Part shown: positions 28,973 to 39,140 of the stretch, piece by piece
How positions within the stretch are numbered: position 1 is the first letter of the stretch
Layout of the letters: the number at the start of each line of letters is the position of its first letter
Assembly (NCBI GenBank): GCA_963422525.1
Contig: OY730226.1
Span: forward strand, 958,453-1,022,452
Direction of reading: 5' to 3'
Length of the DNA: 64,000 nt
DNA from: Dehalococcoidia bacterium
GTDB taxonomy: Bacteria; Chloroflexota; Dehalococcoidia; Lucifugimonadales; JADFKI01
Program-made: the position numbers and the translations under genes
The notes under the pieces: model-generated
Database searches by the model: none
Told to the model about the DNA's origin: nothing
The model's input: only the letters and a program-made list of their open reading frames with translations

Positions 28973-30049
28973 TTGGGAAGCATTAATGTCGCTGTCATAG
29001 GCGTTGGGAACTGCGCCTCGTCGCTGGTGCAGGGCGTATCGAAGTATGCCGAAGCCACTAACAATGAAGAAATTCCCGGGCTGATGCACCCGGTCCTCGG
29101 CGAGTACGGTGTTGGCGACATTAACTTTGTCGCCGCATTCGATATCGATTCCAATAAGGTGGGGCTTGACCTGTCGGACGCGATATTCGCTAAACCGAAC
29201 AACACGGTGAAGTTCCAAGATGTGGATAATATAGGCGTTACGGTGCAGCGCGGCATGACGCACGACGGTGTAGGCAAGTACATGTCCGACATCATCCAGA
29301 GGGCGTCGGGGCCGACGGACGACATCGCGGGCATACTCAAAGAGCGCGAAGTCGATGTCGTCATCAACTACCTGCCCGTTGGCTCAGAGCAGGCGACCAA
29401 ATGGTATGTGGAACAGGTGCTGGCTGCTGGCTGCGGCTTCATCAACTGCATTCCCGTATTCATCGCAAGCGGCGAAGGCGACTACTGGCAGGGGCGATTC
29501 CGCGAGGCAAACTTACCCATCATCGGCGACGACATCAAGTCGCAGGTCGGCGCGACTATCGTCCACCGAGTGTTGACCCGCCTGTTCATGGACAGAGGCG
29601 TAAGGCTGGACAACACCTACCAGCTTAACTTTGGCGGCAATTCGGACTTCTTCAATATGCTGGAGCGCGAACGGCTTTACAGCAAGAAAATATCGAAGAC
29701 GAGCGCCGTTACATCTCAGGTTGACTACGACCTGCCCGGTGACAATGTGCATGTCGGCCCCAGCGATTATGTGCCGTGGCTGAGCGATCGCAAGTGGGCG
29801 TACATTCGGCTTGAAGGCACCAGCTTCGGCGATGTTCCACTAAATGTAGAGCTGAAGCTCGAGGTGCACGACAGCCCAAACTCCGCAGGCGTCGTGATCG
29901 ACGCCATACGCTGCGCCAAGATTGCCAAGGATAGAGGGATAGGGGGGCCGATGCTTGCGCCGTCGTCGTACTTCATGAAGTCGCCCCCGGTGCAGTACAC
30001 CGACGACGAGGCGAGGCAGAAATTGGAAGATTTCATTGTCGGCAAGTAG
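28973..30049 (+). CDS. ino1: myo-Inositol-1-phosphate synthase
   Basis: [20 protein letters not shown]-binding start, then [15 protein letters not shown] and [10 protein letters not shown] blocks. The TTG at 28973 lies 10 nt after AAGGAG; the longer ORF-track N-terminus is implausible. Confidence 0.88.
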   Translation: MGSINVAVIGVGNCASSLVQGVSKYAEATNNEEIPGLMHPVLGEYGVGDINFVAAFDIDSNKVGLDLSDAIFAKPNNTVKFQDVDNIGVTVQRGMTHDGVGKYMSDIIQRASGPTDDIAGILKEREVDVVINYLPVGSEQATKWYVEQVLAAGCGFINCIPVFIASGEGDYWQGRFREANLPIIGDDIKSQVGATIVHRVLTRLFMDRGVRLDNTYQLNFGGNSDFFNMLERERLYSKKISKTSAVTSQVDYDLPGDNVHVGPSDYVPWLSDRKWAYIRLEGTSFGDVPLNVELKLEVHDSPNSAGVVIDAIRCAKIAKDRGIGGPMLAPSSYFMKSPPVQYTDDEARQKLEDFIVGK

Positions 30050-30132
30050 TTCTCGACTTAAGGATAGGCGCAGGTGGATTCCAACAACTTTCACCCCATC
30101 ATAGCCTTTCCTCATCAAGAGGGAGCGGATAA

Positions 30133-31314
30133 GTGGAGGCGGCTTTGCGAGATATGGAAGAATGTCGCAAAATAGCGCTCGTGTCGCCTTACGACCACGC
30201 CTTTCACGGCGGCGTCGCTGACCATATCAACAACCTTGCGGCTCAGTTCAGAACCTGGGGGCACACAGTCAAAATTATCGCGCCGTGCAAATCCGTGGAT
30301 GCGATTGACGACGAAGACTTCATCCCATTGGGCAAGGCGGTTCCTATTCCAAGCGGCGGCTCCATTGCTCGTGTCTCTCTCTCCGTATGGCTTAAACCGC
30401 AAATAAGACAGATGCTCGAGCGCGAAAATTTCGACGTCGTGCACTTCCATGAGCCGTTCGCCGGGCTAATCAGCAAGGATATGCTAAGCCTCATAGCCCC
30501 CTCCGAATCCACCGCAATAGGCACGTTCCACACATACGAAGGGACGCGGCTGTACAAGATTGGCGCAAAGCATCTGGCTATGCCTTACTTCAAGATGCTG
30601 CAAGGGCGCATCGCCGTATCACGCCCCGCCCACCAGTTCATCAGCCGTCATTTTCCGGGCGAGTACGAGATTATCCCGAACGGCATTCAAGTTGACGACT
30701 TCGCCAATGCAGAACCATTCACCCATCTCAAACACGATGGCATGATCAACTTGTTGTTCGTCGGCAGGCTGGAGAAGCGAAAGGGGCTGAAGTACCTACT
30801 GGGCGCATTCAGCAAGCTGAAATGGGACTGGCCGAACTTGCGACTGCTTGTCGTCGGCCCCGGCAAGCCCGATGAAGACTCCCTGCGCATAATTAGCGAG
30901 CGTAACTTGCAAGATGTTGTCTTCCTGGGCAGAGTATCCGATGAGGACAAGTTCAGGTACTACAAGACGGCGGACATCTACTGCTCGCCCGCGACGGGCA
31001 AAGAGAGCTTTGGCATCGTGCTCCTAGAGGCAATGGCGGCGGGCGTCCCTATCGTGGCAACCGGCATCAAGGGCTACTCTAGCGTCATCACGCATGGCAG
31101 AGAAGGGTTGCTAGTGCCGCCTAAGGACGACGAGGCGCTTGCGGCTGCGATATCCACGCTGCTGCAAGACGCCGCGCTGCGGCGTAGGCTGTCGAATGCG
31201 GGCAGCCTGCTTGTACAAGAATATCGCTGGGAGCGCGTAGCGCGGCGCGTGATGGCGTGCTACGAAGCGTCGCAGACAGCATCCTCGCGGCACGCCACCG
31301 GCGCGCAGGCATAG
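30133..31314 (+). CDS. GT4-family glycosyltransferase (PimA-like)
   Basis: 393 aa. N-terminal IALVSPYDHAFHGGV, FVGRLEKRKGLKYLL, and the C-terminal E-x7-E region ESFGIVLLEAMAAGVPIVAT. Confidence 0.85.
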   Translation: MEAALRDMEECRKIALVSPYDHAFHGGVADHINNLAAQFRTWGHTVKIIAPCKSVDAIDDEDFIPLGKAVPIPSGGSIARVSLSVWLKPQIRQMLERENFDVVHFHEPFAGLISKDMLSLIAPSESTAIGTFHTYEGTRLYKIGAKHLAMPYFKMLQGRIAVSRPAHQFISRHFPGEYEIIPNGIQVDDFANAEPFTHLKHDGMINLLFVGRLEKRKGLKYLLGAFSKLKWDWPNLRLLVVGPGKPDEDSLRIISERNLQDVVFLGRVSDEDKFRYYKTADIYCSPATGKESFGIVLLEAMAAGVPIVATGIKGYSSVITHGREGLLVPPKDDEALAAAISTLLQDAALRRRLSNAGSLLVQEYRWERVARRVMACYEASQTASSRHATGAQA

Positions 31315-31323
31315 GCGGCAGCG

Positions 31324-31935
31324 ATGAACAGGGTGTCTGCCCGCCAAGCGCTATCCACTTACATCGAGCAGCCGGTCGCCGGCGTACTTGCGCGGCTTGG
31401 CGTATCCCCGAACGCCGTTACCTTTGCCGGACTGCTGGGCGCTGCGATTGCTGCCTGGCTCATCAGCGAGGGCATCCTGTGGGCAGGCGGGCTTGTCATG
31501 CTGTTCGCAGGCGCGTTAGACATGTTCGACGGCGCGCTTGCCAGAAGCACCGGGCAAGATTCCGCTTTTGGCGCATTGCTCGACTCGGTGGTGGACCGCG
31601 TATCAGAAATAATAGCGCTGCTCGGCATCCTGCTGTATTACCTGCGCGCCGACTCCCTTGAAGGGGCTGTGCTGGTATATCTTGCCGTCGGTGGCTCCGT
31701 TATGGTCAGCTACCTGCGCGCCCGCTCTGAGGGGCTCGGCATAAACTGCAAGATCGGCATAATGACGCGCCCGGAGCGCGTTGTGGCGCTGGGCGTCGGG
31801 CTTATAATCGGGCACTGGCTGCCTGTGGCAACCCTGGTGGCTCTCGGAGCGATTGCGGCGCTGACCATCCTGACGACGGCGCAGCGCCTGTTCCATACGG
31901 GGCGAGAGCTGAAAACGGAGCGCGACGGGGGCTGA
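31324..31935 (+). CDS. CDP-alcohol phosphatidyltransferase (candidate phosphatidylinositol-phosphate synthase)
   Basis: Signature DMFDGALARSTGQDSAFGALLDSVVDRVSE, i.e. D-x2-DG-x2-AR-x8-G-x3-D-x3-D. 203 aa with about 6 TM spans. The substrate is inferred from the ino1 neighbourhood only. Confidence 0.8.
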   Translation: MNRVSARQALSTYIEQPVAGVLARLGVSPNAVTFAGLLGAAIAAWLISEGILWAGGLVMLFAGALDMFDGALARSTGQDSAFGALLDSVVDRVSEIIALLGILLYYLRADSLEGAVLVYLAVGGSVMVSYLRARSEGLGINCKIGIMTRPERVVALGVGLIIGHWLPVATLVALGAIAALTILTTAQRLFHTGRELKTERDGG

Positions 31936-31961
31936 CAGGATATGCGGGATGCGCCGGCCGT

Positions 31962-33536
31962 TTGTCCCGCATCCTAACCTCAGCGTTTCATAGGGCGTTT
32001 AACTGGATGATAGGGATGCTGAAAGTTCGTAGCAGGATGGAGTCCGGATTGAGTTGTCGTCGAATTGCCATAGCATTGGTGGTTGCTTTCGCTGCGCTTG
32101 GAGGGCTTGCAGGGCAGGCGTGGGGACAGGCCGGCAGCGGCGATATTGAGATTATATCCGCCAATGTAAACGGCGAGTTCCCGGAAGGCATACGCTTCGC
32201 CGTTGAAGTGCGGTCGGTGGCTGAAATCGATGAGATAGCGATTCGCTTTCGGATTGGGCAGCGCACGGTAGGGGCGTATGAGTACATGGAAGTGAGCGAA
32301 CCGGACGGCGGCGAAAGCGTAAAGGCTTCGCTGTTCTATCGGACGAATACTTCAGCGAGGTATATCCCTCCCGGCGCTACCATCACCTATATCTTCGAGA
32401 TTAAGGATGTGAACGGCAACCGTCTGGATACGAAGCAGGCGAAGTTCTTATACCATGACGGACGCTATGAGTGGAACGAAATCTCCGACGGCGTGGTTAC
32501 CGTCTCATATCACGGTCCCGTGAGCTTTCGCGCCGAGGATGTGCTGGATGCTATCGTAGAGACGCTTGGCTTTATGGGGCCTCTTTTGGGCGCGGGCGTG
32601 GACGAACCTATCCATGTTACGATGTACAACAACTGGCCCGAGATGCGGGAAGCGTTGCCGCCGGCGAGCGCGGTTTCTCGCAGCCGGCTTATAACGGAGG
32701 GACAAGCGCACTCCGAAGAAGGCGTGTTGCTGGTGCTTGGCGGGGCGTCGCGCGCGCGAGGCGTTGCGGCGCATGAAGTTACACATATTCTAGTCCACAG
32801 GGCTGGCTCCGGCGTCCTGGGCCGTGTTCCGAGCTGGCTCAATGAAGGGCTTGCGGAGTACGGAAACTTCCAGCCGGGCGAATCCTATGACAACGCATTG
32901 GCGTTTGCCATCCGCACGAACAATCTGCTGCCCATCACTGCTATGGCGGCACAGCCGGGCAATCCCGATGATGTGATTATCTTCTACGGTCAAGCGCGCA
33001 GCATCGTAAGGTTCATGGTCGAAAAATATGGCGAAGAGAAGATGCGCGAGCTGATGGCGACGCTCAAGAGCGGCAAGAGCGCGCGCAACGCCGTACCACA
33101 AGTCTATGGCGTTACGCTGATTGAACTGGAAAACCTCTGGCGCGACAATCTTGGCGCAGTCCGCAGGCAAGTCGCCGATGAGGCCTCGGCGTTCCCGACG
33201 CCGCTGCCTACGCCGAAGCTGGAGCTGCTTTCGCTGGACTCGATGCGCGATAAGGGCAACGCTTCGGCGGCAGCTGCGCCGCCGTCCGCAACTGCCGCGC
33301 CGCCACCGACCGCTGCGCCCGCGCTTCCTACGCCTCCCGCTGCTGAGCGCGCCGATGAGCCGCTTGCGGCCGATGCCAACGCCGGCGCGACCAATGAACG
33401 CCAATCAGAAGGTGAACCGCGCGCGAGTGGCTCTTGCTCTCTCCCTGTTGATGGAACTGCCGGCATGGTTGAAATGTCGTCCGTTCTCATACTGGCAGGC
33501 GTGGCTTGGCTGTGGGTGCGGCGGCGAAGCGGCTAA
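31962..33536 (+). CDS. Secreted/anchored peptidase MA-like protein (HExxH...E) with a Pro/Ala-rich linker and a C-terminal TM anchor
   Basis: HEVTHILVH-x17-NEGLAEY gluzincin motif, an N-terminal signal-like segment (RRIAIALVVAFAALGGLAGQAWG), and a C-terminal LILAGVAWLWVRRRSG. The true start is probably internal (e.g. ATG 32037). Confidence 0.65.
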   Translation: MSRILTSAFHRAFNWMIGMLKVRSRMESGLSCRRIAIALVVAFAALGGLAGQAWGQAGSGDIEIISANVNGEFPEGIRFAVEVRSVAEIDEIAIRFRIGQRTVGAYEYMEVSEPDGGESVKASLFYRTNTSARYIPPGATITYIFEIKDVNGNRLDTKQAKFLYHDGRYEWNEISDGVVTVSYHGPVSFRAEDVLDAIVETLGFMGPLLGAGVDEPIHVTMYNNWPEMREALPPASAVSRSRLITEGQAHSEEGVLLVLGGASRARGVAAHEVTHILVHRAGSGVLGRVPSWLNEGLAEYGNFQPGESYDNALAFAIRTNNLLPITAMAAQPGNPDDVIIFYGQARSIVRFMVEKYGEEKMRELMATLKSGKSARNAVPQVYGVTLIELENLWRDNLGAVRRQVADEASAFPTPLPTPKLELLSLDSMRDKGNASAAAAPPSATAAPPPTAAPALPTPPAAERADEPLAADANAGATNERQSEGEPRASGSCSLPVDGTAGMVEMSSVLILAGVAWLWVRRRSG

Positions 33537-33587
33537 CTTTAGATGCCGACTATTGGGCTAATATGGATGGACAGGTTGCATTAGCGA

Positions 33588-34307
33588 ATGATTCAGAACG
33601 AAGGCGACTGGCGACTGGCAATCGAAAAGACTTGGGTGGTGCGCTTCCCGAGGCAAAGCCTGGCGACTTTTGGCGTCACCAACGTAAGGTACTTTGTTGT
33701 TACTGAGCCAATCTATCAAGAGATGATGCCGGACAAGCGTGAGGCGGTAGTGCGCACCGGCCAGGTCGTCGCCGAAAAGCCTGCGGTCGTTACCCCGTTC
33801 TATGCGATGAACCTCGAAGGGTTCAGCGATGGCGCTTACGACTATTTTCAGAGCATGATGCAAAAGCATGGGCCGAACACTCCGGGTATCCTCTATCAGT
33901 ACAAGAACGAACCGGAAGGGATGGACATTCTTGCCGGCTTGCCGGAGGAGGTTGCGCACCGCATCAGCGACGACCTGGACGAGCGCAGGCAGGACCTTGC
34001 GGTCGTCATGGTGAGCGTCGACGAGTATTGGGATGTCGCGCTGCTGAAGTTCATCTATGAGTTCACTTCGTCGTCCGCCAGCCGGAATGTACAGGAGTTC
34101 AAATCGAGCGGACTGCTTGAGCCGCATCCTGGGCTGAACGGCATCCCCCGCGCCGCTACGCGAGAGGTTGAGCGCATGTTCGTTGAAATAGAATCCGGCT
34201 TGGGATTGAGCAACCCCGACACGCTCAAACGCGAGCTTGACCGCTGGGGGCTGTTCGACTTCTACGAAGATCGTTTTCTAGCGCTGTTTCGGCGGGGGCT
34301 GTTGTGA
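33588..34307 (+). CDS. Hypothetical protein
   Basis: 239-aa ORF with normal composition and codon bias. No motif recognised. Confidence 0.55.
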   Translation: MIQNEGDWRLAIEKTWVVRFPRQSLATFGVTNVRYFVVTEPIYQEMMPDKREAVVRTGQVVAEKPAVVTPFYAMNLEGFSDGAYDYFQSMMQKHGPNTPGILYQYKNEPEGMDILAGLPEEVAHRISDDLDERRQDLAVVMVSVDEYWDVALLKFIYEFTSSSASRNVQEFKSSGLLEPHPGLNGIPRAATREVERMFVEIESGLGLSNPDTLKRELDRWGLFDFYEDRFLALFRRGLL

Positions 34308-34343
34308 AGGCTGACCATGGCTAATCCGGAAGCGCTTGTTCTT

Positions 34344-35429
34344 TCATCTCCGTCCGAGCCTTCCCGCATCAAGAGAGAGCGAACCTTGCGCGCGCCCTAC
34401 GGCATCCGCGCCTTCGGTATCGTCGAACGAACCGGGCGAGACTAACTCATCCAAACGGACATGCCTTTGTTCGGTGGCGGAGCGGTAAGCCGCTAGGACG
34501 ACTGCTAAGTCTTTGACACCTTCTTCCCCGCTCATGAGCGGCGCGCGATCTTGCTGGACGCTCTCCCTGAACTCCTGCGCCATGCTGCGTACACCCATGC
34601 CGGCCGCAGGCAGTCGCACCGTGCGCTTTACCAGCGTATTCTCGAAGATGATCTCATTGCCGTAAGGCTCAAACCCAAGCCAACCGTCGTTGCCGGTAAT
34701 AGCCACCCAGTTGCGCTCTTCAGTCTTGGATGTGGCGCGAGAGAAGTTAATCACGCCCACCGCGCCGTCGGGCAAATTCGCCATCATCACCATTCCGTCT
34801 TCGCCTTCGGAGCGCCGGTGCGCCCTTGGCGGTATGGCGGCATACACTTGGCTGGGCATGCCGGCGAGGTTGCGTATCAAGTCCACATAATGGATGCCTG
34901 CGTCTATAAACGAACCCCCTCCTGTGAGAGCCGCGTCGTAGCGCCATGGCGTTGACGGCGGACGGTATGCCTCAACCTGTATGTCTATGAGACGCAGCCT
35001 GCCTATATTGCCTGCCTCTATCATCGTTTTGGCGCGCCGCGCCGTGTGCAGAAAGCGGTAGTTTTCGGCGACCATCAGCCGAACGCCGCCCTCGCGCGCA
35101 GCGTGCGCTATACCTTCAGATTCCTCTATTGTGCGAGCAATCGGCTTCTCTATCAGGATATGCTTTGCGTTCCGGGCGGCGAGCCGAGCATTTTCGAGGT
35201 GGACATGGTGCGGCGTAAACAGGTAAGCGGCTTGCACTCGCGAATCCGACAAGGCTTCTTCGTAGCTGCCGAAGTAATCTACGCCGCCGAAGCGCTCGCA
35301 GTAGGCTTTTGCCTTCGTCAGGTCGCGGCTGGCGAAGTAGAAGTCGAAGTCATCCTTCATGTCCTGAATCTCTGTGAGGACGGAGTTGGCGTAATTGCCG
35401 CAGCCAACGATGCAAAGTGATAGTTTCAT
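34344..35429 (-). CDS. Gfo/Idh/MocA family oxidoreductase
   Basis: N-terminal Rossmann LSLCIVGCGNYANS and an EKPIA motif. 361 aa. Confidence 0.85.
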   Translation of the reverse strand: MKLSLCIVGCGNYANSVLTEIQDMKDDFDFYFASRDLTKAKAYCERFGGVDYFGSYEEALSDSRVQAAYLFTPHHVHLENARLAARNAKHILIEKPIARTIEESEGIAHAAREGGVRLMVAENYRFLHTARRAKTMIEAGNIGRLRLIDIQVEAYRPPSTPWRYDAALTGGGSFIDAGIHYVDLIRNLAGMPSQVYAAIPPRAHRRSEGEDGMVMMANLPDGAVGVINFSRATSKTEERNWVAITGNDGWLGFEPYGNEIIFENTLVKRTVRLPAAGMGVRSMAQEFRESVQQDRAPLMSGEEGVKDLAVVLAAYRSATEQRHVRLDELVSPGSFDDTEGADAVGRAQGSLSLDAGRLGRR

Positions 35430-35474
35430 TGATCATCTCCTTACTGAGTTACAATAATATAACCCGAATCAAGG

Positions 35475-36767
35475 GTGAACGGGAACAAACTCGATAAACG
35501 GGATGGACAGGGCAGAGTGAAAACTTTCTTGTTTAGGACGCTTTGGTGGGGACTGGTGGCATTGCTCGGATTGGCTACGCTGGTCTTGCCGTCCGATTCG
35601 CGGCGCTTCAATCCGGCGCAGTGGGCTGCCGCTCCGTATCTCTACGACATAATGAGCTGGGAGCTGGATAATTTTTTCAGCAAGTGGCTGGTCAAGGCTG
35701 CGGGGGCGCTGCCGGGCGACGATGACGCCGCGCGAGAAAGAGACACCCGCGAATACTTCTCCATGAGTACCAAAATGGCGCAGATTCGTGGAAGGATCAG
35801 GGCGGCGGCGGCGCGGAACTTGCATGACGAGGCTGCGACTATGCAAGCCCTACTGGACGAAGCGGAGACGCAAGCGGCTGCTCTGTCCGACGGCGCGGAA
35901 GAGACGATAGAGAGCTACATCAGCGCCGTGTTGGTCGATAACGACTTGGCGGTGTTTGGCGAGGTCGTCTTGCCCCCTGTAGATGTTCGGTTGGTGCAGC
36001 CGCCAAAGCTGCTTGTAACTTCGCCCCGCGATCGAATCTATCGTGAACATGATGTGCTGCTGCGCTCGGATGTCAACTTATCGGTGCGGGAAACGCTAGA
36101 GCGCAAACTCTTGCGCGACGAGAATATGTCGGCGTTGGTGGAAGACATCGGCGGGCTTGCAACCTATCCCGCCTCCGTATCAAACGGGCATCCGATGCGC
36201 TGGACGCTTCAAGCGTCGGCGCACGAATGGCTGCATCACTACTTCTTCTTTCAGCCGCTCGGCCAGCACATGTTCGACGATGGCGATATGCTCAATCTCA
36301 ACGAAACGATTGCTAACGTGGCTGGAAAAGAGATTGGCGACCGCGCGTTCCAGATGATGTCGGATGCCTTATTGACGCCGGCCGATACGCCCCCCGGCAG
36401 CGCTCCAAGCCGCACCACTGAGTCGGATGCGAAAGCGTTCGACTTCGGCACAGAGATGCGGCGCACGCGCTTGGAGGTGGAGGCGATGCTGGAAGATGGC
36501 CGCGTCGAGGAAGCCGAAGCGTACATGGAGGAGCGCAGGCGATTATTCGTGCAGAACGGGTACGCCATACGCAAGCTTAATCAGGCATACTTCGCCTTCT
36601 ACGGCACATACGCCGACCTGCCTGCCTCTATCAGTCCGATAGGCGATGAGGTAAAACGTTTCCGCGAACTCGTGCCTGACCTGGGGGATTTCATTGCGAT
36701 GGTATCGGAGATTGCCAGCTACGATGAGTTTCTGCTCAAACTGGATGAGCTTGAGAACGGTAGCTAA
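35475..36767 (+). CDS. Hypothetical membrane-anchored protein with an HExxH motif (putative gluzincin)
   Basis: 430 aa with an N-terminal TM helix (LWWGLVALLGLATLVL). SAHEWLHHYFF is followed about 25 aa later by NETIAN. No family assigned. Confidence 0.55.
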   Translation: MNGNKLDKRDGQGRVKTFLFRTLWWGLVALLGLATLVLPSDSRRFNPAQWAAAPYLYDIMSWELDNFFSKWLVKAAGALPGDDDAARERDTREYFSMSTKMAQIRGRIRAAAARNLHDEAATMQALLDEAETQAAALSDGAEETIESYISAVLVDNDLAVFGEVVLPPVDVRLVQPPKLLVTSPRDRIYREHDVLLRSDVNLSVRETLERKLLRDENMSALVEDIGGLATYPASVSNGHPMRWTLQASAHEWLHHYFFFQPLGQHMFDDGDMLNLNETIANVAGKEIGDRAFQMMSDALLTPADTPPGSAPSRTTESDAKAFDFGTEMRRTRLEVEAMLEDGRVEEAEAYMEERRRLFVQNGYAIRKLNQAYFAFYGTYADLPASISPIGDEVKRFRELVPDLGDFIAMVSEIASYDEFLLKLDELENGS

Positions 36768-36920
36768 AATTAGATTTAGCCGCAGAAAACACAAAGTGGC
36801 GCAAGGAAGGTAAGATGCGTGGTAAACTTGGTTGCCATAAATGAAATGAAAGATTTTTGCGCGCTCGCGCTAAAAATGTGCTAATATCTATCGTGTAGTT
36901 GATGCAGGTTGCGGAGTGAT

Positions 36921-37964
36921 ATGTATCGCCAAGACGAACCGGAAGTTAATCTGGAACAGATATTGGAGCGGATTCGCTCCTTCAACCCGTTCAGGAACAG
37001 GGGGGGAGGCGGCGGCGGCAACGGCGTCGCGTACTTCATTCTAGGTCTGTTTGCGTTAGCCGCCGTCATCTGGCTCGGCACCGGAATCTATACGGTTCAG
37101 CCGGGCGAAGAAGCTGTGCTGCGCCTCGTCGGCCGATACGAAACCACCACCGGGCCCGGCCTGCACTGGTACTGGCCCGCTCCTATCGGCAAGCGCGATG
37201 TCCTCAAGGTCGACGAAGTGCGGCGGTTGGAAATCGGCGTGCGCGGCAGCGCCCCCATTCCCGACGAGGCGCAGATGATTACCGGCGACCAGAATATCGT
37301 GGATGTGCAGCTCCTCGTGCAGTATAACATCAAGAGTTCCCGCGATTTCCTGTTCAAAGCCGTCGACCCCGGCGGGCTTACCATCAAGGACGCCGCCGAG
37401 ACATCCCTGCGTCAGGTTGTGGGCCAGCGGGAAATTGACGATGTGCTGACCATAGAAAAGGAAGCGGTTCAGGAAGATACACGCATCAAACTTCAGCAAC
37501 TGCTGGACCTCTATCAGACGGGCATACGGGTTACCGAAGTCAAATTGCTGAATGTGCGCCCGCCCGATCAGGTGCAGGACGCCTTTGACGATGTGGTTCG
37601 CGCACGTGAGGACAAGGATCGCATCATCAACCTCGCCGATGCTTACAAGGAGGCGCAGCTGCCGCTCGCTCGAGGCGAGGCAGCGCGGCTCACAGAGGCG
37701 GCAGCGGCGTTCAAGGAGACGCGCGTGGCTCAGGCGACAGGTCAAGCGGAACGCTTCCTCGCCGTTTTGCAAGAGTACCGCAAGGCGCCGGATGTTACAC
37801 GGCAAAGGCTGTACCTAGAGGCGATGGAAGAGATTCTGCCCGGTGTTACCAAGTTTATCGTGGACGCGGACAACGGCGGCAACCTGTTGCAACTGTTGCC
37901 GCTAAACGATACGGGCAATACCACGACGCCGTTCAATGTTCCGACCCCAAGGCCCAATCAATAG
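36921..37964 (+). CDS. hflK: FtsH protease modulator HflK (SPFH/band-7)
   Basis: TM helix followed by an SPFH domain (YTVQPGEEAVLRLVGRY..., MITGDQNIVDVQLLVQY). It is followed by hflC. The ATG at 36921 follows GGAG. Confidence 0.88.
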   Translation: MYRQDEPEVNLEQILERIRSFNPFRNRGGGGGGNGVAYFILGLFALAAVIWLGTGIYTVQPGEEAVLRLVGRYETTTGPGLHWYWPAPIGKRDVLKVDEVRRLEIGVRGSAPIPDEAQMITGDQNIVDVQLLVQYNIKSSRDFLFKAVDPGGLTIKDAAETSLRQVVGQREIDDVLTIEKEAVQEDTRIKLQQLLDLYQTGIRVTEVKLLNVRPPDQVQDAFDDVVRAREDKDRIINLADAYKEAQLPLARGEAARLTEAAAAFKETRVAQATGQAERFLAVLQEYRKAPDVTRQRLYLEAMEEILPGVTKFIVDADNGGNLLQLLPLNDTGNTTTPFNVPTPRPNQ

Positions 37965-37988
37965 CAACGTAGGAAGCGATAACGCATA

Positions 37989-39140
37989 ATGAAACTGCTC
38001 GCCGGCTTAGTAGTCTTGTTCGTTCTGGTAGGCGCCATCATCGGCCCCCAGACGCTTTTCATCGTGGATGAAACCCAGCTTGCCATAGTCACTCGCTTCG
38101 GCGAACCGCGACAGTCCATCAACTCGCCGGGGCTCTATCTCAAGACACCTTTCGTTGACACTGTGAGATACTTCGATAAGCGTATTCTGATTTTTGATGC
38201 GCCTCCGGACTCGCTGCTGACGGAAGACAAGAAGCGGCTTGTGATTGATGTCTATGCCAGGGGCAGGATATTCGACCCGTTTCTGTTCTTCAAGACAGTG
38301 AACACGGAGTCGCAGGCGGCTTCACGCGCAATTGACATCATCGGCTCAGAGCTTCGCCGCGAGATTGCGCTCGATACGCAAATCGAAGTAATCCGCGAGA
38401 CGCGCGAGGGCATCATGAACCGCGTCCGCGATTCGGTCGCGCCAAAACTGGCAGAGTTCGGCATCGAAACCCTCGATGTACGCATCAAGCGCGCCGACTT
38501 CCCGGACACCATCGCCGAGAGCGTATATGCGCGGATGCAGGCGGAACGCAAGCGTATTGCCGACCGTGAGCGCGCCGAAGGCGCGGAGCGCGACGCCGAG
38601 GTACGCGCTAATGTTGACAGGCAGGCGGCTATCATCCGCGCCGAGGCGGAGCGGGACGCCCAGATTATGCGCGGTGACGGCGAGGCGGAGGCAGTCCGTA
38701 TCTTCGCGGAATCGCTCGGACAGGACCCGGAGTTTTACGCATTCCAGCGCAGCCTCCAGGCGTACAAGATCTTCCTGCCCGAAAACAACACCACGGTCGT
38801 GCTTCCGGCAAACAGCTCGCTCTTCCAGTTCCTCCAAACCCCGGGCGGCAGGGGCCAATTCAACGGCGATCTGACGGACGCACAGCCCACGCCCGAAACT
38901 ACCCTCGAACTCCTTGCCGCGAACTACCTTGCGGGCAAGCTCGGCGTTGGCGCCGGCGAGATTACGCTTGTCAGCTCCGATGCGGCCGAATGGGCGGATG
39001 CCAGCCTCGGTTGCCCACAACCCGATGCCGCCTACGCTCAGGTCGTCACCCCCGGCTACAAGATCACCTTCGAGCACGAAGGCGACGCCTACACCGTACA
39101 CTCCAACGGCGACGCCTCGTATATGACATCCTGCGAATAG
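37989..39140 (+). CDS. hflC: FtsH protease modulator HflC (SPFH/band-7) with a C-terminal extension of about 95 aa
   Basis: N-terminal TM plus an SPFH domain (LFIVDETQLAIVTRFGEP...) and a coiled-coil ERKRIADRERAEGAE region. There is an extra tail with two Cys (SLGCPQPD...MTSCE). Confidence 0.85.
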   Translation: MKLLAGLVVLFVLVGAIIGPQTLFIVDETQLAIVTRFGEPRQSINSPGLYLKTPFVDTVRYFDKRILIFDAPPDSLLTEDKKRLVIDVYARGRIFDPFLFFKTVNTESQAASRAIDIIGSELRREIALDTQIEVIRETREGIMNRVRDSVAPKLAEFGIETLDVRIKRADFPDTIAESVYARMQAERKRIADRERAEGAERDAEVRANVDRQAAIIRAEAERDAQIMRGDGEAEAVRIFAESLGQDPEFYAFQRSLQAYKIFLPENNTTVVLPANSSLFQFLQTPGGRGQFNGDLTDAQPTPETTLELLAANYLAGKLGVGAGEITLVSSDAAEWADASLGCPQPDAAYAQVVTPGYKITFEHEGDAYTVHSNGDASYMTSCE

